A DNA stretch of 64,000 nt from Spirochaetia bacterium (GTDB lineage Bacteria > Spirochaetota > Spirochaetia > SZUA-6 > Bin103): NCBI GenBank assembly GCA_965203905.1, contig CBDBDQ010000005.1, positions 1,952,001-2,016,000 of the forward strand, read 5' to 3'. Positions 57,458 to 64,000 of this stretch are shown here, in pieces. Numbering within the stretch: position 1 is the first letter of the stretch; each line of letters starts with the position of its first letter. Made by a program: the position numbers and the translations under genes. The notes beneath the pieces are model-generated. The model made no database searches. It was not told the origin of the DNA and saw only the letters and a list, made by a program, of their open reading frames with translations.

Positions 57458-59785
57458 TCAGGCCGGCGCCGCGCGCAGGTGGCGGGGTTCGCCGGGGGCG
57501 AGGGCGAAGGTGATGCGGTGGCCGTCGCGGGTGGTTGGGACGGCACGGCCGGCGGCGTCGACGACCTGCCAGTGCTCGGGCGCGTGCAGCACGGTGCACG
57601 GCGCGGCACACTGCCCTTCCAGCGTGGCCTCGACCAGCTTGCCGTCGCGCCACGCGATTGCCACGGTGACGCCGCCCCGTGCCCGCAGCCCGGACGCGCT
57701 GCCCTCTGGCCACGCGGCCGGCAGGGCGGGCAGCAGATGGATCTCGCCGCGGTAGCTATGCAGCAGCATTTCGATCACCGCCGCGGCGCCGCCGAGGTTG
57801 CCGTCGATCTGGAAGATGCGCGGCGGGTGCAGGTCCAGCAGCGAGTCGGTGGCGAAGTCGGTGATCAGGTGATTCAGGTGTGCCCAGGCATCTTCGGCGC
57901 GGCCCAGCCGCGCGAACAGGCAGGCCGTCCACGCCCGGCTCCAGCCGGTGTGCGCGCCACCGGCCGCCAGCCGCCGCTCCAGGCTCACCTCGGCCGCCCG
58001 CCACAGATCGGGGGTCCGCTCCGGATCCAGCAGATCGCCCGGGTGCAGGCCGATCAGGTGGGAGACGTGCCGGTGCGAGGGCTCGACCTCGTCGAAGTCC
58101 TCGTTCCACTCCTGCAACTGGCCGTGGCGGCCGATCCGCAACTCCGGCAGGCGTCCGGCCAAGTCACGCCAGCGCCGCCGCAGCTCGGGGTCCAGGTCCA
58201 GGATCTCGGCCGACCGGATCGCGTAGCCGAAGGCGGCGCGGGCGAGGATCACGTCCATGGTCGCCGACACGCAGATGCTCACCGGCGGGCCGCCGTCGCC
58301 GACGAACCGGTTCTCCGGTGACTGCGAGGGCACGATCTGCAGTAAGCCGGCGTCGTCTTCGACCAGGTAGTCCTCGTAGAAGGCGGCCACCTCCTTGAAG
58401 AAGGGGTAGGCGCGGGTGCGCAGGAAGGCCGTGTCGCGCCCGTACTCGTAGTGCCACCACAGGTGCTGCGCCAGCCAGGGGGCAGCCCCGATCCACACCG
58501 CCCAGCCGTACGACTCCGGCGTCGAGCGGCCCCAGGCGTCGGTCTGGATCGGGTACCAGACGCCGCGGCAGCCGTACAGGTCCCTGGCCGCCTTGCGCGC
58601 GTGCGGCACCAGCCGTTCGATGTGCTGCAGCAGCGCCTCCACGTAGCGCTGCATGCCGGCCGGCTCGGCGGCCCAGTAGTTCATCTGCAGGTTGACGTCG
58701 TGGTGGTAGTCGCTGTCCCAGGGTGGCTCCAGGTCCTCGTTCCACTTGCCCTGCAGGTTCGCCGGCAGCGTGGCGGTGGCGGAAGAGGCACACAGCAGGT
58801 AGCGCCCGTAGTGGAAGTACAGCAGCGGCAGGCCGGGATCCGGCTGTCCCTCCCGGAGGCGCCGGATGCGCTCGTCGGTCGGCAGGTCGGGCACGCCGGA
58901 CGCCGCGGGCGCCAGGTCGAGCTGCATGCTGCCGTAGTGGCGCTCGTGCTCGCGCACGTGAGCGCGAAACAGGTCATCCCAGGTGCCCGCACCCCACGCG
59001 GATGGCACCTGCAGGCGCCGCGGGCCGCACTCCTCGGCGGCGGTTCGGCCGAAGGCGGACACGCCGATGTCGACCGCGAACACCGCCTCGGTGGCCCCTT
59101 CGCAGAGCAGTCTCCGACCGTCGACGACGCGCACCCGCCCGCCCCGGCACCACGCGTCGCCCTGCACCCGGAAGTCCACCCCGTCGCGAATGCGCCCGGC
59201 CATGGTCAGGCGCGCGCGATCCGTGCCGGCTGCTTCGGCGTCGAAGCTGAGCTCGCAGTCGGCATCGTAGGTGCGGTCGAGCCACGCCAGGCAATCGAAC
59301 GGCAGCCCGTCATGCCGCACCCGTACCAGAATCAGGTCCTCCACCAGGTGGGCGACGTACTGGCGGGTGAACGGCCTTCCCGCGACCAGGTACGACACCG
59401 TCGCACTGGCCGTGTCGAGGTCCAACTCTCTGCGGTAGTGGCCGACGGGGCCGTGGGTGAGGAACTCCAGGTACAGGTCCCCGGCCGGCTGGTACGGGTC
59501 CACCCGCTGCGGCCGGCCGCTGCCGCCGCCACCGCCGAAGGCCTCGCGGGCGGCGTGCGCACCGTCGGCGTAGTTGCCCGCCAGCAGCAGGCGCCGCACT
59601 TCCGGCAGCGCATCCCGGCGCACCTCGTTGTCCCGTTGGCGGTTCACCCCCTTCCACAGGCACTCGTGATTCAGGGCGACGCGTTCCCGCCGGAAGGTGC
59701 CGAGCACCATCGCCGCCAGCCGCCCGGTGCCGATCGGCAGTCCCTCCAACCACTCTCGCGCGGGAGCCTCGTACCACAGCTTCAT
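57458..59785 (-). CDS. Glycoside hydrolase family 95 (alpha-L-fucosidase-like)
   Basis: LPIGTGRL, YGRYLL..SS, ANLQGKWN, NLQMNYW, SPEN, HRHVSHL, FQIDGNLG. Confidence 0.93.
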   Translation of the reverse strand: MKLWYEAPAREWLEGLPIGTGRLAAMVLGTFRRERVALNHECLWKGVNRQRDNEVRRDALPEVRRLLLAGNYADGAHAAREAFGGGGGSGRPQRVDPYQPAGDLYLEFLTHGPVGHYRRELDLDTASATVSYLVAGRPFTRQYVAHLVEDLILVRVRHDGLPFDCLAWLDRTYDADCELSFDAEAAGTDRARLTMAGRIRDGVDFRVQGDAWCRGGRVRVVDGRRLLCEGATEAVFAVDIGVSAFGRTAAEECGPRRLQVPSAWGAGTWDDLFRAHVREHERHYGSMQLDLAPAASGVPDLPTDERIRRLREGQPDPGLPLLYFHYGRYLLCASSATATLPANLQGKWNEDLEPPWDSDYHHDVNLQMNYWAAEPAGMQRYVEALLQHIERLVPHARKAARDLYGCRGVWYPIQTDAWGRSTPESYGWAVWIGAAPWLAQHLWWHYEYGRDTAFLRTRAYPFFKEVAAFYEDYLVEDDAGLLQIVPSQSPENRFVGDGGPPVSICVSATMDVILARAAFGYAIRSAEILDLDPELRRRWRDLAGRLPELRIGRHGQLQEWNEDFDEVEPSHRHVSHLIGLHPGDLLDPERTPDLWRAAEVSLERRLAAGGAHTGWSRAWTACLFARLGRAEDAWAHLNHLITDFATDSLLDLHPPRIFQIDGNLGGAAAVIEMLLHSYRGEIHLLPALPAAWPEGSASGLRARGGVTVAIAWRDGKLVEATLEGQCAAPCTVLHAPEHWQVVDAAGRAVPTTRDGHRITFALAPGEPRHLRAAPA

Positions 59786-59843
59786 TACGCCATTCTGACA
59801 CACTCGCGACCTGCAACCACCAGGTGCGGTATCGTCCGGTCAC

Positions 59844-60959
59844 ATGCGCATCGATCGACTGGACGTGCACTACGTGGTGATGCCGCTCATCTACCCGTGG
59901 CGCACCGCCTACGGCGAGGACGCCGACATCCACTCGGTGCTGGTGAAGCTCTCCAGCGGCGAGCACAGCGCCTGGGCCGAGAGCACGCCGTTCTTCGCCC
60001 CGCACTACCTCAGCGAGTCCGCCGGCTCGGTGTTCTACCACGTCACCGAGGTGTTCGGGCCACACGTGGTCGGCCGCGAATACGACACCGCCGCGGAGAT
60101 CAACGAACGGCTCGGTCCGTTCAAGGGCAACTCGTTCGCCAAGGCCGCGCTCGAGATCGGCTGGTGGAGCCTCGAGAGCCGCATCACCGGAACTCCGCTG
60201 CACCGGCTGCTGGGCGGCGCCACGCGGGACGTGGTCGCCGGGGCCGACTTCGGCATCCAGGATTCGATCGAGATGCTGCTCGGCAACGTCGGCCAGGCAG
60301 TCGCCGCCGGGTTCCCGCGCATCAAGCTCAAGGTGGCCAGGGGATGGGACCTGGAGATGCTGCGCGCGGTCACCTCCAGCTTTCCGGACATGACCTTCCA
60401 CATCGACTGCAACGCCGGCTACACGCTCGACGACCTGCCGTTCTTCCGCGCGGTCGACGAGCTGGGACTGGCGTTCATCGAGCAGCCGCTGCACCACACC
60501 GACATCCTGGATCATGCAGAGCTGGCCGGGCGGATCGGTACCCCGATATGCCTGGACGAGACCATCGTCGACCCGCGCACCGCGGAGCAGGCGATCCGCA
60601 TCGGCGCCTGCCGCTACATCAACATCAAGCCGGCGCGCGTGGGCGGGCTGCAGAGTGCGCTGGCGATCCACGACCTGGCGCGCGATGCCGGCATACCGGT
60701 CTGGATCGGCGGCATGCTGGAGAGCTCGGTCGGCGGCGCCGTCTGCATCGAGCTCGCCACCCTCGACAACGTCACCTACCCGGGCGACCTGTTTCCGTCG
60801 TCCCGTTTCTACCGTCGCGATCTGGCCACGCCGCCGTTGGAATATGCCGCACCCCACACCTTCCGTCCCTTCACCTCCGATCTGCCGGCACCGGACCCGG
60901 AGATGCTGGCCGCGTGGACGCGACGGCACGCGGCCGTGACGGATCCGGCGGAACGCTGA
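59844..60959 (+). CDS. o-succinylbenzoate synthase / N-acylamino acid racemase (enolase superfamily)
   Basis: RIKLK, D.N, IEQP, CLDE, NIK..RVGG and GGMLE (MenC/NAAAR type). Confidence 0.85.
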   Translation: MRIDRLDVHYVVMPLIYPWRTAYGEDADIHSVLVKLSSGEHSAWAESTPFFAPHYLSESAGSVFYHVTEVFGPHVVGREYDTAAEINERLGPFKGNSFAKAALEIGWWSLESRITGTPLHRLLGGATRDVVAGADFGIQDSIEMLLGNVGQAVAAGFPRIKLKVARGWDLEMLRAVTSSFPDMTFHIDCNAGYTLDDLPFFRAVDELGLAFIEQPLHHTDILDHAELAGRIGTPICLDETIVDPRTAEQAIRIGACRYINIKPARVGGLQSALAIHDLARDAGIPVWIGGMLESSVGGAVCIELATLDNVTYPGDLFPSSRFYRRDLATPPLEYAAPHTFRPFTSDLPAPDPEMLAAWTRRHAAVTDPAER

Positions 60960-61034
60960 GCGGCGAACCCGGACGCGGCCGGCCTGGCGGGATGATGCAC
61001 GCGCAGGCGCCAACTGTGATACAACAGGCGAAGG

Positions 61035-62000
61035 ATGAATCCGCAGGTCTGGGCCAGGACTCTCATCGATGCCGCGGGTACGGTGATCTACGGCAAGGAG
61101 CAGGTAGTCGAGAAGCTGCTGGTGACGCTGCTGTGCCGCGGGCACGCGCTGCTGGAGGACGTGCCGGGGGTGGGCAAGACGGTGCTGGCGCGCGCCCTCT
61201 CCACCTGCCTGGGCGGTGAGTTCCGCCGCATTCAGTGCACCCCGGACCTGTTGCCGGCGGACGTGCTGGGCGGCTCGGTGTACCACGCCCAGACCGGCCG
61301 CTTCGAGTTCCGGCAGGGGCCGATCGTGACCAACATCCTGCTGGTGGACGAGATCAACCGCGCCACGCCGCGCACCCAGTCGGCGCTGCTGGAAGCAATG
61401 TCCGAGGGCCAGATCAGCGTCGAAGGCGAGACCACGCCGCTGCCCGATCCGTTCTTCATGCTGGCCACCGAGAACCCGGTGGAGTTCGAGGGCACCTTTC
61501 CGCTGCCCGAGGCGCAGCGCGACCGCTTCTTCCTCACCCTGCGCATGGGCTACCCGACGCCGGAGGCGGAGCAGGAGATCCTGCACTCCCAGCGGCGGCT
61601 GACCCATCCGGTGACCGACCTGGTGGCCGCCACCGACCTGGACACGGTACGCCGGCTGCAGCGCGAGGTGGCCGCGGTGCGGGTGGCGGCGGCCATCGAG
61701 GACCTGATCCTGGACCTGGTGGAGCGCACCCGGCATGACGGCCGGCTGGCGTACGGGGCCTCGCCACGCGCCTCGATGGCGTTGTACCAGGGCACCCAGG
61801 CACTGGCCGCCATCCGCGGCAAGAATGCCGGTGGGGCGGAGGAAGTGTGCGAGTTGGCGCCGCCGATCCTGCTCAAGCGGATCGGCGTGAAGCCGGAGCA
61901 GCTCCTGCGCGGGCTGGAGCCGGAGGCGGTGATCGACGGCATCCTGAGCGAGGTGCTGGCCGCCCATTCCCTCGCGCCGCCCGAAGGTGCCACCGGGTGA
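61035..62000 (+). CDS. MoxR family AAA+ ATPase
   Basis: EDVPGVGKT, RIQCTPDLLP, DEINRA, EGTFPLPEAQ.DRF. Confidence 0.93.
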   Translation: MNPQVWARTLIDAAGTVIYGKEQVVEKLLVTLLCRGHALLEDVPGVGKTVLARALSTCLGGEFRRIQCTPDLLPADVLGGSVYHAQTGRFEFRQGPIVTNILLVDEINRATPRTQSALLEAMSEGQISVEGETTPLPDPFFMLATENPVEFEGTFPLPEAQRDRFFLTLRMGYPTPEAEQEILHSQRRLTHPVTDLVAATDLDTVRRLQREVAAVRVAAAIEDLILDLVERTRHDGRLAYGASPRASMALYQGTQALAAIRGKNAGGAEEVCELAPPILLKRIGVKPEQLLRGLEPEAVIDGILSEVLAAHSLAPPEGATG

Positions 62001-63220
62001 AGCCACACTTGCGCTGGGGACCCGATGTCGTGGTGCCCCTGCTGCTGCTGCTGATTGTGCTGTTCGCACCGCCGCCCTTGATGCGCATCGTGGCCGCGGC
62101 CCTGCTGCTGATCCGCGCCCTGGCGCTGGGGTACACCCTGGTGGTGCGCGCCGGCGTTAGCGCCAGCCGCGGCGAGCCGCTGGTGCACGCCAACCGCTTC
62201 GCGCCCTTCACCTGCACCTTGACCGTGCGCAACCGCACCCCGCTGCCGATCCACTTTCTCACGGTGGCGGACCGCATCGGCAGCTTCGCGGCACGGCAGC
62301 CGGCGCAGTTCGTGGTCGGCCTCGGGCCCTGGGAGGAGCGCAGCTTCAGCTATGAGCTGGAGGGGCGCGAACGCGGCGAGTTCGAGCTGGGACCGGTCGA
62401 CCTGGTGGGCACCGACGCCTTCGGCTTCTTCCCCTGGCGCGCACAGCTCCCGTGTCACCAGCGGGTGATCGTCTATCCCAACATCTTCGCCCTCGACCTG
62501 CGGCACAAGCGCGGGCTGCCCTCCGGCAGCCTCAAGGTGCTCAACAAGCTCTACGAGGACGTGACCCGCTACCGCTCGCTGCGCGAGTATCAGCCCGGCG
62601 ACGAGCCCAAGCGCATCAACTGGAAGGCCAGCGCGCGCATGGGGGCGCTGTTCTCGATGGAGTACGTGCCGTCGATCTACTTCCCGGTGCTGGTGCTGCT
62701 CAACCTGACCGCCGACGACTACCCGCTGACGCAGCGCGCCCACCTGGTGGAGCGCGCCATCGAAGCCGCCGCCTCGCTGGTGTTCTACTTCGTCGGGATC
62801 GGCCAGGAGGTGGGGCTGGTCACCACCGGCCGCATCGGCCCGGCCGCGGGTGGCGACGATGCCGGCAGTGCGCTTCCCGGTGCCTACACCGTGGAGCCGG
62901 TGCGCGCCGGCTATGCCCACGCCGCCCACCTGCTGGAGCAGTTGGCGCGGGTAAACGCCGTCAGCGGGGAGCACGCCGCCAACTTCGTGGAAGTGGTGCA
63001 GCGCGGTGGCGTGAGCGTCGCCAACGGCACCCGCGTAGCGGTGGTCACCCCTCCGCTGCGGGAGGAGCAGCGCGCCGGGCTGCTGGCGCTGCGCCGGCGC
63101 GGCTACGACGTGGAGGTGTTCCTGGTCAGCACTCACCAGGCGCGCCGGGAGGACCTGGCGGTGCAGGGCCTGACCAGCCACACCGTCGGCGGCTACGGCA
63201 GGGAGCTGGTCCGTGGATGA
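61997..63220 (+). CDS. DUF58 domain protein
   Basis: LREYQPGD..KRINWKASAR; follows MoxR with a GTGA overlap. Confidence 0.88.
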   Translation: MKPHLRWGPDVVVPLLLLLIVLFAPPPLMRIVAAALLLIRALALGYTLVVRAGVSASRGEPLVHANRFAPFTCTLTVRNRTPLPIHFLTVADRIGSFAARQPAQFVVGLGPWEERSFSYELEGRERGEFELGPVDLVGTDAFGFFPWRAQLPCHQRVIVYPNIFALDLRHKRGLPSGSLKVLNKLYEDVTRYRSLREYQPGDEPKRINWKASARMGALFSMEYVPSIYFPVLVLLNLTADDYPLTQRAHLVERAIEAAASLVFYFVGIGQEVGLVTTGRIGPAAGGDDAGSALPGAYTVEPVRAGYAHAAHLLEQLARVNAVSGEHAANFVEVVQRGGVSVANGTRVAVVTPPLREEQRAGLLALRRRGYDVEVFLVSTHQARREDLAVQGLTSHTVGGYGRELVRG

Positions 63221-64000
63221 GCGCCGGCTGGCGGTCTACCGCGCCGCCATCCATCCCGCCCTGGCGCTGGCCATCCCGTTCCTGTTCCTGGTGCTGCTGG
63301 ATCGCCTGCTGCGCCTGCTGGTGCTGGACCTGGTGCTGGCACCCAATCCGCCGGGCACGGTGTTCGTTTTGTTGTTGACCGGCGGAGCGCAGGCGGCGGT
63401 GGCCAACGCGCTGAAGAAGGAAAAGGTGGGCAGTGCGCTGCCGCGCATGCGCGAGCTGCTGGTGATCCTGATCCTGGCAACGGTGGTGTTCATGACCACC
63501 CGCGGTTACCTGTTCGCGGGCGACCTGGTGCCGGCCAAGGCGGAGGTGATCTACGCCCTGGTGCTGGTGCTGATCATGTGGTTCGCCAGCTTCGGCCTGC
63601 ACCGCTCCTTCCGCGAGCGCGAGGTTTTCTTGAGTCTCCTCATCGGCAAGGAGGGGCAGCAGTTGCGCACCGCGGTGCGTTCCTACTCGGCGGAAGCCAC
63701 CGAGTCGGTGGCCCGCATGCGCCAGGTGAAGCGGGTGGTGATCTGGTTTCAGGCCCTGATCCTGCTGGCGCTGTTCGTGGCGCTGCTCGGCGGACGCGAG
63801 ATCGGCACCGGCCTGCTGCTGCTGGTGCTGCTGCACCTGGCGCTGGGCCTCACCTATACCGCGGTGCTGAACGGCTACCTTGAGGAGCAGGGCTACTTCG
63901 GGGGCGGCTTCGTGCTGGTGCCGGGGTTGCGCCGCCGCCGGGTAGGCGCCGCGCTGCTGTTCGTGGCGCTGGCGGCGCTGGTCACCTGGCCGCTGGTGGG
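63213..64000 (+). CDS. Multi-pass membrane protein (third gene of MoxR-DUF58 operon), runs off the window
   Basis: Open frame from GTG 63213 (VDERRLAVYRAAIHPAL...) with several TM segments and no stop. Confidence 0.7.
   Translation, partial: MDERRLAVYRAAIHPALALAIPFLFLVLLDRLLRLLVLDLVLAPNPPGTVFVLLLTGGAQAAVANALKKEKVGSALPRMRELLVILILATVVFMTTRGYLFAGDLVPAKAEVIYALVLVLIMWFASFGLHRSFREREVFLSLLIGKEGQQLRTAVRSYSAEATESVARMRQVKRVVIWFQALILLALFVALLGGREIGTGLLLLVLLHLALGLTYTAVLNGYLEEQGYFGGGFVLVPGLRRRRVGAALLFVALAALVTWPLV

Noticed and set aside
8834-62069. Many long Arg/Ala/Gly/Pro-rich ORFs (e.g. 16046-18145, 39740-42016, 50080-52836, 58451-61219, 59310-62069)
   Set aside because: Shadow frames of real genes in high-GC DNA; no domain motifs.

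Overview
High-GC bacterial chromosomal window. The family-5 ABC binding proteins, sulfatases, glycoside hydrolases and Ig-like repeat lipoprotein resemble a spirochaete-like or host-associated heterotroph (inference only). The left ~8.7 kb is the right end of an integrative element carrying a P4-like tyrosine integrase, AlpA and cargo. The element appears to sit inside the conserved FSSLFDY codons of an HNH endonuclease gene rather than in a tRNA; an intact paralog at 23397-25031 shows the probable empty site. The rest is housekeeping and catabolic: DrrAB-like exporter, arfB, Mo-hydroxylase, metG, MazG-like, tRNA-Leu(CAG), two peptide-type ABC importers, two sulfatases, GH31, GH95, a sialidase-like protein, a GcvT-family dehydrogenase, a MenC-like enzyme and MoxR-DUF58. 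Small lower-GC inserts punctuate this: two ABC-ATPase + DUF4276 pairs, a lectin-NDT/TIR-like fusion and BrnTA. There is an IS110 whose left non-coding end carries candidate bridge-RNA guides matching its own junctions, and an ~85-bp palindromic element forming the N-termini of two unrelated genes. No CRISPR array or rRNA is seen. All family assignments come from motif recognition by eye, not database searches.
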